From the NCBI GenBank assembly GCA_963825935.1, contig CAWGUN010000012.1:5323-69322 (forward strand): a stretch of 64,000 nucleotides of DNA, in the 5' to 3' direction. Positions 45,476-54,557 of the stretch are shown piece by piece; within the stretch, counting starts at the first letter, position 1, and every line of letters begins with the position of its first letter. The position numbers and the translations under genes are program-made. Origin of the DNA: an uncultured Bacteroidales bacterium. Its GTDB lineage: Bacteria; Bacteroidota; Bacteroidia; Bacteroidales; VadinHA17. Under the pieces are notes generated by a model that searched no databases, had not been told where the DNA came from, and saw only the letters and a list, made by a program, of their open reading frames with translations.

Positions 45476-45994
45476 TTAATTAAGATCAATCAAACCTTCC
45501 GGAAGATCCATCGTAATGGTCTTCTTTTTTTTATCGACCCTGATGATGAAATGCTCGTGTAAAGGAATCAGGATTTCCCTGCCGGCTTCTGCTTCAACAC
45601 CCAAAAGCCATTGCTCCGGATTTTCAGTAATGCTTTTGACAGTGCCAACCAGGCTGTTATCTTTGAGGATAATTTTGAAACCAAATAGTTCTGAGGTGGC
45701 ATTTTCTAATGATTTCCCCTTGCTACCGGAGGTGAGAAATACTTTGCAGCCGATAAAATCGTTTACCTTTTCACCTGATCCGTATCCTTCAAATTTAAGT
45801 CTCAGGATATCAGCTCCGGGGTAATCTGTTTCAGAGATAAAAAAAGGAACCGGTTTCCCTTCAATTTCAAGAAAAACCGATTCCAATACAGGTATATTTT
45901 CAGTAAAGCTCTTTTCCAGTTTCACTGTAACGGCACCTTCGTAACCGTACAATTTTGTGATCTTACCTAGTAATATTTGAGCTTTATACACCAT
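45476..45994 (-). CDS. rimM: 16S rRNA processing protein RimM
   Basis: 172 aa. LGKITKLYGYEGAV (RimM N-domain) plus a PRC barrel. Downstream of rpsP, as in most bacteria. Confidence 0.85.
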   Translation of the reverse strand: MVYKAQILLGKITKLYGYEGAVTVKLEKSFTENIPVLESVFLEIEGKPVPFFISETDYPGADILRLKFEGYGSGEKVNDFIGCKVFLTSGSKGKSLENATSELFGFKIILKDNSLVGTVKSITENPEQWLLGVEAEAGREILIPLHEHFIIRVDKKKKTITMDLPEGLIDLN

Positions 45995-46018
45995 TGGATA
46001 ACTGATCCTTATGATCAG

Positions 46019-46687
46019 CTACTCCTTCGGCATATCATCTGCAGCCGGTTCTGATGCAGTTTCTTCTGCAACAGGAGCATCAGTTGATTCTGCAACTGGA
46101 GCATCAGAAGCCTCTGTTACCGGAGCTTCAATTGTCTCTGCTACCGGAGCCTCAGTTGTCTCTGCTGCAGGAGTTACCTCTGCTGCAGGAGCCTCAGGTT
46201 TGTCTGCAGCTTCAGCTTTTGCTGCCAGATCGGCTTGTTTTTTAGCAAGTTTTGCTGCCCTTGCTTCATTGATTTTCTTTTCAGCTGCAAGATTCTTTTC
46301 AACCTGGTCATCCTGCGACTTCTCAAGACCTGATCTTTTTGCATCAATTTTTGCTTCATTCTGCTTCATCCACTCGTCAAAACGTCTCGTGGCTTCAGCT
46401 TCATCGAATGCATTTTTCTTAACACCTTCAAGAAGATGCTTTTTCATTAGAATACCCTTATAAGACAGGATAGCTCTACATGTTTCAGTAGGTAATGCGC
46501 CATTTTGCAGCCAACCGAGAGCCTTATCGAAATCGAGTTCGATTGTGGCGGGGTTAGTGAGCGGATTATATTTTCCGATCTTTTCAATATATCTGCCATC
46601 CCGTGGCGATCTGCTATCTGCTACCACAATGTGGTAATAGGCCAGTTTCTTACGGCCTTTCCTAGCTAATCTGATTTTAACTGCCAT
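46019..46687 (-). CDS. rpsP: 30S ribosomal protein S16 with a long acidic/Ala-Pro-rich C-terminal extension
   Basis: [38 protein letters not shown] is canonical S16. It is followed by about 130 extra residues. Confidence 0.93.
   Translation of the reverse strand: MAVKIRLARKGRKKLAYYHIVVADSRSPRDGRYIEKIGKYNPLTNPATIELDFDKALGWLQNGALPTETCRAILSYKGILMKKHLLEGVKKNAFDEAEATRRFDEWMKQNEAKIDAKRSGLEKSQDDQVEKNLAAEKKINEARAAKLAKKQADLAAKAEAADKPEAPAAEVTPAAETTEAPVAETIEAPVTEASDAPVAESTDAPVAEETASEPAADDMPKE
46065..46210. repeat. Tandem 24-nt (8-codon) repeats inside the rpsP 3' extension
   Basis: Plus-strand units start with tctgc (tctgcaacaggagcatcagttgat / tctgcaactggagcatcagaagcc / tctgttaccggagcttcaattgtc / tctgctaccggagcctcagttgtc ...). 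They encode xxEAPVAE-type octapeptides. Confidence 0.8.
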
Positions 46688-46877
46688 TAATTTTTACGCT
46701 TTTTATTTAACCTGCTTTAAAATTGTGGGTGCAAAGATAAATAAATATTTATTGCAAACAATCTCATTTTAAATAGAATCGGGAACAATGTTTTTTAAAT
46801 CAAAAAAAATATCTTAATTCTTTGTCCATTTTTGCCTATTTTTGTGAACCAATCCAATAGATTTTATCACTTTTTCT

Positions 46878-49800
46878 ATGGCAATTTTTTCACACTTACA
46901 TGTTCATACTCAGTACTCTATATTAGACGGGGCTTCAAATATTGCACTGCTTTTCGACAAAGTGAAATCGCTGGGCATGGAGGCTCTGGCAATCACCGAC
47001 CATGGCAATATGTTTGGTGTCAAGGAGTTTCATAATGCCGCCACAAAAAAGGGTATCAAACCTATTATCGGATGCGAAATTTATGTTGCCAGAAGATCAA
47101 TGGCAGATACAAGTGGTAAGGAAGATCGCTCAGGCGATCATCTAATACTCCTTGCCAAGAACCTGATCGGATACAAAAATCTCATCAAGCTTGTTTCGAC
47201 AGCATGGATAAAAGGGTTCTATTACAAGCCACGGATAGATAAAGAACTCCTTGCAAAATACAAGGAAGGACTGATTGCATCATCCGCATGCCTTGCAGGA
47301 GAGATTCAGGATGAAATACTCAACGGGACAATTTCAGGTGCCGAAACTGCTCTGAAAAGTTACACGGACCTCTTCGGCGAAGATTTTTATCTCGAGATCA
47401 TGCGTCATGAAACCAATGATCCTGAGGCAGACAGAACCGCATTTCCTCTTCAGCAAAAAGTGATTGAGGCGCTGAAAAAACTTTCGGTAAAGCATAATGT
47501 GAAGATCATTGCTACAAATGATGTTCATTTCATTAATGCTGAAGATGCTGAAGCACACGACAGGCTGATATGCATTAATACTGCGAAGGATATTGATGAT
47601 CCCGACAGGTTAAGGTATTCCAAGCAGGAGTATCTCAAGACTGAAGATGAAATGAGGGCAATTTTCAGCGATATTCCGGAAGCTATTGAAAATGTTGCCG
47701 AAGTTGTTGCCAAGATTGAAAAATATAAGCTTGATCATAGTCCCATAATGCCTGAATTTGAGCTGCCCTCCGGATATTCCGATAAAGATGAATATCTCAG
47801 ATATCTCACCTATAAAGGGGCAGCAGCAAGATGGGGCAATCTTACAAAAGAGCAGACAGAAAGGATCGATTTTGAACTCGAAACTATCGCCAAAATGGGA
47901 TTCCCCGGGTACTTTCTTATCGTCCAGGATTTTCTAAGTGCTGCCAGGGAAATGGGGGTCGCCGTTGGCCCGGGACGGGGCTCCGCGGCCGGATCTGCTG
48001 TTGCATTCTGTCTGAGAATAACGGATATAGATCCGATAAAATATGGCCTCCTTTTTGAGCGGTTTCTGAATCTTGATCGTATTTCAATGCCGGATATTGA
48101 TATCGATTTCGATGAAGACGGAAGGGAATCGGTATTAAAATATGTCGTGAATAAATATGGACATGATAAAGTGGCTCATATAATAACATTTGGTACCATG
48201 GCCGCAAAGATGGCTATAAGGGATGTTGCCAGGGTCCAGAAGCTGCCATTGCCCGATGCAGATCGTCTTGCGAAGCTTGTACCCGAACGTCCAGGGGTGA
48301 CGCTCACCCAGGCTTATGCTGAGGTACCTGAGCTGGCAAAGGAAAAAGAGTCGTCGAATAAGCTTATTTCACAGACGCTTAAATATGCTGAAGTGCTGGA
48401 AGGTTCGGTAAGGCAGACCGGAGTTCATGCCTGCGGGATAATCATTGGAAAAGATTCCCTTGATAATTACATTCCGCTGTGCACGGCAAAAGACACTGAA
48501 CTCTATGCAACACAGTATGACGGAAGCCATGTCGAATCAGTAGGCCTGCTTAAGATGGATTTCCTCGGGCTGAAGACGCTTTCAATAATAAAGGATGCTG
48601 TCGACAATATCAGAAAATCCAAAGGGGAAGAGATCGATATTGAGTCCCTTACTCTTAACGACAAAAAGACTTTTGAATTATTCAGCAACGGGGAAACAAC
48701 CGGGATCTTCCAGTTCGAATCTACCGGGATGAAAAGATACCTGAGAGATCTTAAGCCTAACAGGTTTGAAGATCTTATAGCAATGAATGCTCTTTACCGT
48801 CCCGGACCAATGGAGTATATCCCGAAATTCATCAAAAGAAAACTTGGCCAGGAAAAAATCGATTACCCGCTGCCGGTAATGGAAAAATATCTCAATGATT
48901 CCTACGGAATTACAGTTTATCAGGAACAGGTTATGCTTCTTTCACAGGAGCTTGCAGGTTTCACAAAAGGGGAAGCAGATTCGCTCAGGAAGGCAATGGG
49001 GAAGAAGAAGAGATCGATCATGGATGAGATGAAGGTCAAATTCATGGAAGGATGCAGCAAAAAAGGATACGACGAGAATATCATAACAAAAATATGGTCC
49101 GACTGGGAAGCTTTTGCGCAATATGCTTTTAATAAATCACATTCCACATGTTATGCTCTTGTTGCATACCAGACAGGTTATCTGAAAGCGAATTACCCGG
49201 CAGAATTTATGGCTGCTGTTCTCAGCCGTAATATAAGTGATATTAAAAAGATAACAACTTTCATGGATGAAACACGCCGGATGGGGATGGAGGTTCTGGG
49301 TCCGGACATAAATGAAAGTAATGTAAAGTTCACTGTAAACAGGGACGGAAATATAAGATTTGGCCTTGGAGCTATTAAAGGTGTCGGCGAAAGTGCTGTG
49401 CTTCTGCTGATTGAAGAAAGAGAAAAGAACGGGCTTTACAAAGATGTATTTGACCTGGTGGAAAGAGTTAACCTTAATTCACTAAATAAGAAAAATCTCG
49501 AAGCAATGGCTGTTGCCGGTGCTTTTGACTGCTTTGAGAATATTATCAGGGCACAATATTTTGCACTCGACACCAGGGGAACAAGCTTTATAGAAAGCCT
49601 TATCCGTTATGGCAATAATGCTAAAACCATTAAGCTTTCCAGCCAGCAAACCCTTTTTGGTGAGTCAGGAGGTTTCGACCTTATAAAACCTGAACCAACT
49701 ATTTGCCCTGACTGGCCCAAACTGGAGAAGCTGAACAGGGAAAAAGAGGTTATAGGAATATACCTTTCATCCCACCCTCTCGATGATTTCAGACTTGAGA

Positions 49801-50363
49801 TCAATACATTTACCACCGCAACACTTGCTGATCTGCAGAATCTTCGCGATTATCTCGACAGGGAAGTGGTCGTTGCAGGAATGGTGACTGATACAAAAAA
49901 CGGAATCGGGAAAAACGGCAAGCCTTATGGCTCTTTTACACTGCAGGATTATACCGATTCATTCAGGTTCATAATGTTTGATAAGGATTATCTTGACAAC
50001 AGCAAATTCTTCATAACAGGTTACTACCTGCTTATAAAAGGGAGAGTCCAGAAACGAAAATTCAGGGACGACGAACTGGAATTCAGCATAAGGAAGATCA
50101 ACCTGCTTTCGAGCGTAAAGGATGAGCTTATCAAAACAGTTACATTGATAATCAATCCTGAAAATATCAGCAATGAAATGATCGGTCAGCTCAAAGATCT
50201 TATAAGGGAAAACAAAGGTGAAACGGAGCTTAAATTCATGTTCCTTGATTCTGAAGATAAAATTTCATTACCGATGTTTTCCAGAACTCTGCGGGTAAGG
50301 CTTAACAATGAATTTATTTCTTACATCGACGATCATCCGGGGATAGATTATAAAGTTAATTAG
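46878..50363 (+). CDS. dnaE: DNA polymerase III alpha subunit
   Basis: 1161 aa. PHP domain FSHLHVHTQYSILDGA, polymerase core motifs, C-terminal OB fold. Confidence 0.96.
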   Translation: MAIFSHLHVHTQYSILDGASNIALLFDKVKSLGMEALAITDHGNMFGVKEFHNAATKKGIKPIIGCEIYVARRSMADTSGKEDRSGDHLILLAKNLIGYKNLIKLVSTAWIKGFYYKPRIDKELLAKYKEGLIASSACLAGEIQDEILNGTISGAETALKSYTDLFGEDFYLEIMRHETNDPEADRTAFPLQQKVIEALKKLSVKHNVKIIATNDVHFINAEDAEAHDRLICINTAKDIDDPDRLRYSKQEYLKTEDEMRAIFSDIPEAIENVAEVVAKIEKYKLDHSPIMPEFELPSGYSDKDEYLRYLTYKGAAARWGNLTKEQTERIDFELETIAKMGFPGYFLIVQDFLSAAREMGVAVGPGRGSAAGSAVAFCLRITDIDPIKYGLLFERFLNLDRISMPDIDIDFDEDGRESVLKYVVNKYGHDKVAHIITFGTMAAKMAIRDVARVQKLPLPDADRLAKLVPERPGVTLTQAYAEVPELAKEKESSNKLISQTLKYAEVLEGSVRQTGVHACGIIIGKDSLDNYIPLCTAKDTELYATQYDGSHVESVGLLKMDFLGLKTLSIIKDAVDNIRKSKGEEIDIESLTLNDKKTFELFSNGETTGIFQFESTGMKRYLRDLKPNRFEDLIAMNALYRPGPMEYIPKFIKRKLGQEKIDYPLPVMEKYLNDSYGITVYQEQVMLLSQELAGFTKGEADSLRKAMGKKKRSIMDEMKVKFMEGCSKKGYDENIITKIWSDWEAFAQYAFNKSHSTCYALVAYQTGYLKANYPAEFMAAVLSRNISDIKKITTFMDETRRMGMEVLGPDINESNVKFTVNRDGNIRFGLGAIKGVGESAVLLLIEEREKNGLYKDVFDLVERVNLNSLNKKNLEAMAVAGAFDCFENIIRAQYFALDTRGTSFIESLIRYGNNAKTIKLSSQQTLFGESGGFDLIKPEPTICPDWPKLEKLNREKEVIGIYLSSHPLDDFRLEINTFTTATLADLQNLRDYLDREVVVAGMVTDTKNGIGKNGKPYGSFTLQDYTDSFRFIMFDKDYLDNSKFFITGYYLLIKGRVQKRKFRDDELEFSIRKINLLSSVKDELIKTVTLIINPENISNEMIGQLKDLIRENKGETELKFMFLDSEDKISLPMFSRTLRVRLNNEFISYIDDHPGIDYKVN

Positions 50364-50364
50364 C

Positions 50365-50372
50365 TATATTTG
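50365..50372 (+). promoter_or_regulatory. Candidate -7 box TATATTTG upstream of trxA
   Basis: Exact TAnnTTTG, 40 nt upstream of the ATG at 50412. Confidence 0.35.
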
Positions 50373-50411
50373 CGACCTTTACTTTTAGATAAAATATTAA
50401 AACAAACCACT

Positions 50412-50729
50412 ATGGCATTAGATGTAAATGATGGGAACTTTGAAGAGGTTGTTGTTAAGTCAGACAAGCCTGTTATTGTTGATTTCTGGGCAGAATGGTG
50501 CGGCCCATGCAGAATGATTGCTCCCATTATTGAAGAAATTTCCATAGAATATTCCGGTAAAGCTGTCGTTGTCAAATGCGATGTCGACAACAGCCCCCAG
50601 GTCGCAGCAAAATATAGCATCAGGAATATTCCGACTGTACTATATTTCAAGGGTGGAAAAATTGCCGACAAGCAAGTCGGTGCTGTTCCTAAAAACAACT
50701 TTGTCAGTAAGCTTAATGCACTCTTATAA
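50412..50729 (+). CDS. trxA: Thioredoxin
   Basis: ORF 50370-50729 with the start MALDVNDGNFEE at 50412. Active site WCGPC, 105 aa. Confidence 0.93.
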   Translation: MALDVNDGNFEEVVVKSDKPVIVDFWAEWCGPCRMIAPIIEEISIEYSGKAVVVKCDVDNSPQVAAKYSIRNIPTVLYFKGGKIADKQVGAVPKNNFVSKLNALL

Positions 50730-50749
50730 GAATTAATTTTACATAATCT

Positions 50750-50781
50750 GGCCGTGCAATTAATCTGCAACGGCCTTTTTT
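50750..50781 (+). terminator. Rho-independent terminator after trxA
   Basis: Stem GGCCGTGCA / TGCAaCGGCC with a 7-nt loop, followed by T6. Confidence 0.7.
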
Positions 50782-50792
50782 AATTAATAAAA

Positions 50793-51368
50793 ATGACAGT
50801 TTGTGTTTTTGCATCATCAAGCAGCAGGATAAACAGTGAATTTGGAATTGCTGCTGCCAGGCTCGGATCACTGCTTGCAAAAGCCGGCATAGATGTCGTT
50901 TTCGGAGGTGGCGGCATAGGTCTGATGGGTAAGCTTGCAGACGCGGTAGTGGGAAACGGAGGAAAGATTACGGGAGTGATCCCTGCATTCATGAAAGAGG
51001 AAGGGTGGCACCATAATGGTGTGAAGGAGATGATCATCACTCAAAATATGAGTGACAGAAAGAACAGGATGTTCTCTATGTCTGATGCTGTTGTTGCACT
51101 GCCGGGAGGGATGGGGACCCTTGAAGAGCTTACTGAAGCAATAACTCTCAAGCAACTTAGCCTCTGGGATGGTCCGATAATAATTCTTAATACTTTGGGC
51201 TATTACAAATCTCTTCTGGAGTTTATTGATAATATGGTCAATAATCACTTTATGAGATTTGAGCATAAAGGTATATGGGAAATCGTTAATACCCCCGAAG
51301 AGGTTATCACTGCCTTAGGTAAAAAAGAGAGAGGCAATGAGCAATGGCGGAAAATAGCAAAGATCTAG
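50793..51368 (+). CDS. LOG family (TIGR00730) nucleotide phosphoribohydrolase-like protein
   Basis: GGGGIGLMG and PGGMGTLEEL motifs, 191 aa. Confidence 0.85.
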   Translation: MTVCVFASSSSRINSEFGIAAARLGSLLAKAGIDVVFGGGGIGLMGKLADAVVGNGGKITGVIPAFMKEEGWHHNGVKEMIITQNMSDRKNRMFSMSDAVVALPGGMGTLEELTEAITLKQLSLWDGPIIILNTLGYYKSLLEFIDNMVNNHFMRFEHKGIWEIVNTPEEVITALGKKERGNEQWRKIAKI

Positions 51369-54300
51369 CGTTCAGGTATCTTTGTTCCGATAAACATTAT
51401 ATCATCAACCTGCGGCAGGTCTCCTTTCCAGGCAATTATCTCATTTTTCAGCTTTGTGCGTTGTTCGCTTACAGGAAGTTGCCATATCTCGGTAAGCAGC
51501 TTCTTTACATTGCCCGATTTATATTTCTTTGAATCCGGTGTGCCAAACTGATCAGCATAACCATCGGAACACATATAAAGCATATCACCCGGTTCAATAT
51601 CAACCTGCCTGGTTGCAAATGATTTTTTTACAATCAGGGAAGACATTCCAATTGGGAACCTGTCACCTTTATAGGTGGTCAGCTTTCCATTCCTGACAAC
51701 ATATAACGGGTTGTATGCACCGGCAAATTCAAGAGTGAATTTTTTCCTGTCGAATGTAATAAGTGCAAGATCCATCCCATCATTAATTGTCTCTTCTTTT
51801 CTCTGCATCAGTGCTTTAACAACTTCGTCATTCAGTTGATCAAGAATCGCACCCGGGCTTATCACGCCGCTTTCTTTCACAATTTTATTCAGAGAGTTAT
51901 GCCCGATGATCGACATAAATGCGCCGGGGACACCGTGTCCTGTACAATCGCAGGCTGCTATGAATGCAAGCTCTCCGTTATCCCACATCCAGTAAAAATC
52001 GCCGCTTACGATATCTTTAGGCATATAAAGAACGAATGTGTCATTGAAAAGACCTTCTCTTGGAAGCATGGCCCTCTGGATCCGTTCGGCATATCTGATG
52101 CTTGCAGTAATGTCCCTGTTTTTCGCTTCAATCTCCATGCTTTTCTGAACTACCTCAGCAGTTCTTTCTTCAACTTTGGTTTCAAGTCTTTTCTTTTCAC
52201 GGACGAGGTTCTTCTCCCTGATCTTGATATAGGAAACAATCCCGATTGCTGCAATGATAAGGCATATTGCAACGAACCACCAGGTCAGCCAGAAAGGAGG
52301 TTTTATTATGAAATGAAAAGTTTCAGGATTAGTGTTCCAGATACCCTGACTATTGCTGGCTATCACCATGAATGTGTATTTCCCGGGGGTCAGTGCAGGA
52401 TAAATTGCTTCTGTCTGGTCGGTTACCGGACGCCAGTCTTCGTCTGCACCTTCAAGCTTTACCTTATATTTTACAACATCAGGATTCGTAAGACAAATAC
52501 TGTAATAGTCGAATAAAATGGAATTCTCTTTATAGCTTAACTTCAATCCCGGTTTCATTTCACGTGTTTCATAGTTTACACGCATACCCATTATATGGGT
52601 TAGTGGTTCAAAGCTTTGGGTTCCCGTTTTTTCAGGAATAAGCCGGGTTACACCATTGGCGGTACCAAACCACAAATCTCCTCCGGAGCTTTTATATACA
52701 GCATTAGGTCTGGTCTCAATTCCTGTAAACCCGTTTCTTTCAGTATATGAAAAGATTCTTTTACTTTCAGGAAAATATCTGTTTAATCCATTGTTAGTGC
52801 CTATATAAATACTTCCGTCTTTCCCTGTAGTAAGAAGGTTAATATTATTTGATAGGAGACCATCATCCTGAGTTACTGTTGAAATTATCGAATCATTCTT
52901 AAATGCTATCAGTCCCTGTCCGGTTCCAATCCATAAAACACCTTTCCCATCCATTACCATTGTTTGAGGAATTATTCCGGGAAGAGCATAAACCAGTTTG
53001 AAATTTTTCTTATCAGAATTGTATTTAATGAGGCCCGGCTTACTGCCGCGTGGCTCAGTTCCAATCCACATATCTCCATTTGGATCGCAATAAAGGGAGG
53101 TTATGGTAAATATTGTTAAGCTATCCACGAGGGTATACCTCTGGAAATTTTGTTCATTTATAGTACCTACAGCAACTCCCTGAACTGTTCCAATCCAGAG
53201 GTTGTTCTGCCTGTCAATTTCCAGGGCTTTGACCTGTCCGCCGACGTAAAGAATTTCGTTTATATATGGCTGAGCTTCAAATCTGGAAGACTTCATGTTG
53301 TACATGATCACTCCTCCTGCGTTTGCTCCGATCCATAAATTTCCATCCCTGTCTTCTCTGAAAAATCTGATGTCGTCGAAGATAGAGTTATTAGCTTCAT
53401 TATAAATTAATGGTCTTTTATCCGATCCGGGGTAATACCGCGAAATGCCGGCATTGGTTCCAAACCATAAGGCTCCTGTTTTATCCTGAAAGATTGCATT
53501 TACATTCGGATCGGGCAGAATTTCTTTCTCAGTAATTGTTTCAAATGCATCTCCCTTAAATATAGAAAGCCCGTTATTCTGATCAGCAATAAGAATATTA
53601 CCTTCAACATCCTCAATAATATCATAGATCCTTAAAGCTTTAAGTCCGTTTTCTGTATTGAACTTATGTATGCTATCTCCATCAAAAACTGCGATTCCAC
53701 CCCAGGTCCCTGCCCATATCCGGCCTCTTCTATCTTCAGTAAGACAGCTGATTGCATTGCTTGAAAACCCTTCCCTGATCAAATCATAAAAGACCATTTT
53801 GCTCTCTGCCATAACATACTTATAAATCCCCCCGTTATAGGTTCCGAACCATAAGTTCCCGGCTTTGTCTTCAAGCAGACAGGTGGTATTGAAATAGGTA
53901 GTCATGTGAGGCATCCTGTAGTTTTCAAACTTCTTATTCTCAGGATTAAAACGTCGTAATCCCACATCTGTAATACATATTAATGATCCGTCCCTTTTCA
54001 GGTTAGCTCCAAAAACCTGGTCGCTCAGTCCATCCTTCCCCAGGAACTGCTTTGCTTTAATATGCTTAATGTTATTTACTGGAAAATCCGTCAGAATTGC
54101 TCCGTCATTAGCAGAGGTAAACCACATTTTATCTTTATTCTGAGCAATACCTGTTACGTCCCCGGTGATCGTTAATGAGTCGAAGCCCGCCTGTTGAAAT
54201 TTATGCCCGTTGTACCTGGATATTCCTCCATTCAGATGACCAAACCAGATATATCCCAGTGAATCTTCGATTATAGATCTGACACCTCCGGTTGCGAGAC

Positions 54301-54550
54301 TGTCACGAAATGTAAAATTTTCAAACTTCTTCCCATCGAATCTTGAAACCCCGTTTGCGGTTCCGAGCCAGATATAATCTTTTGAATCCTGAAGAAGTGT
54401 ATAAACTTTTTGTGTGCTAAGCCCCTGTTTGACACTATAGTTATCAAAAAAGTACTGCTGCGCTTTTAAGGGTATAATCGTGACAAGCAAAAAAAGCACA
54501 AGCAAGGCAAAGATTCTTGTCTTGCACTTATTGACAGTTAAGATTAACAT
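51365..54550 (-). CDS. Periplasmic two-propeller/Y_Y_Y sensor fused via one TM helix to a cytoplasmic PP2C (SpoIIE-type) phosphatase
   Basis: 1061 aa. Signal peptide, many W.GT..G(l/v) propeller blades, Y_Y_Y-like region (YKVKLEGADEDW), TM helix WLTWWFVAICLIIAAIGIV, a coiled coil, then PP2C motifs SGDFYW and DCTGHGVPGAFMS. Confidence 0.85.
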   Translation of the reverse strand: MLILTVNKCKTRIFALLVLFLLVTIIPLKAQQYFFDNYSVKQGLSTQKVYTLLQDSKDYIWLGTANGVSRFDGKKFENFTFRDSLATGGVRSIIEDSLGYIWFGHLNGGISRYNGHKFQQAGFDSLTITGDVTGIAQNKDKMWFTSANDGAILTDFPVNNIKHIKAKQFLGKDGLSDQVFGANLKRDGSLICITDVGLRRFNPENKKFENYRMPHMTTYFNTTCLLEDKAGNLWFGTYNGGIYKYVMAESKMVFYDLIREGFSSNAISCLTEDRRGRIWAGTWGGIAVFDGDSIHKFNTENGLKALRIYDIIEDVEGNILIADQNNGLSIFKGDAFETITEKEILPDPNVNAIFQDKTGALWFGTNAGISRYYPGSDKRPLIYNEANNSIFDDIRFFREDRDGNLWIGANAGGVIMYNMKSSRFEAQPYINEILYVGGQVKALEIDRQNNLWIGTVQGVAVGTINEQNFQRYTLVDSLTIFTITSLYCDPNGDMWIGTEPRGSKPGLIKYNSDKKNFKLVYALPGIIPQTMVMDGKGVLWIGTGQGLIAFKNDSIISTVTQDDGLLSNNINLLTTGKDGSIYIGTNNGLNRYFPESKRIFSYTERNGFTGIETRPNAVYKSSGGDLWFGTANGVTRLIPEKTGTQSFEPLTHIMGMRVNYETREMKPGLKLSYKENSILFDYYSICLTNPDVVKYKVKLEGADEDWRPVTDQTEAIYPALTPGKYTFMVIASNSQGIWNTNPETFHFIIKPPFWLTWWFVAICLIIAAIGIVSYIKIREKNLVREKKRLETKVEERTAEVVQKSMEIEAKNRDITASIRYAERIQRAMLPREGLFNDTFVLYMPKDIVSGDFYWMWDNGELAFIAACDCTGHGVPGAFMSIIGHNSLNKIVKESGVISPGAILDQLNDEVVKALMQRKEETINDGMDLALITFDRKKFTLEFAGAYNPLYVVRNGKLTTYKGDRFPIGMSSLIVKKSFATRQVDIEPGDMLYMCSDGYADQFGTPDSKKYKSGNVKKLLTEIWQLPVSEQRTKLKNEIIAWKGDLPQVDDIMFIGTKIPER

Positions 54551-54557
54551 ATAGATT

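Noticed and set aside
46011-46463. 150-aa plus-strand ORF rich in Ala/Ser (and smaller ORFs at 46054-46245 and 46174-46359)
   Set aside because: It is the antisense shadow of the repetitive, GC-richer rpsP tail. It is low-complexity, has no start context, and lies fully inside a well-supported ribosomal protein gene.
50360-50770. 136-aa minus-strand ORF
   Set aside because: It is antisense to trxA, which has the canonical WCGPC site, a promoter box and a terminator on the plus strand.
51836-52516. 226-aa plus-strand ORF
   Set aside because: It lies entirely inside the PP2C/TM region of the 1061-aa sensor gene on the opposite strand, and it has no recognisable motif.
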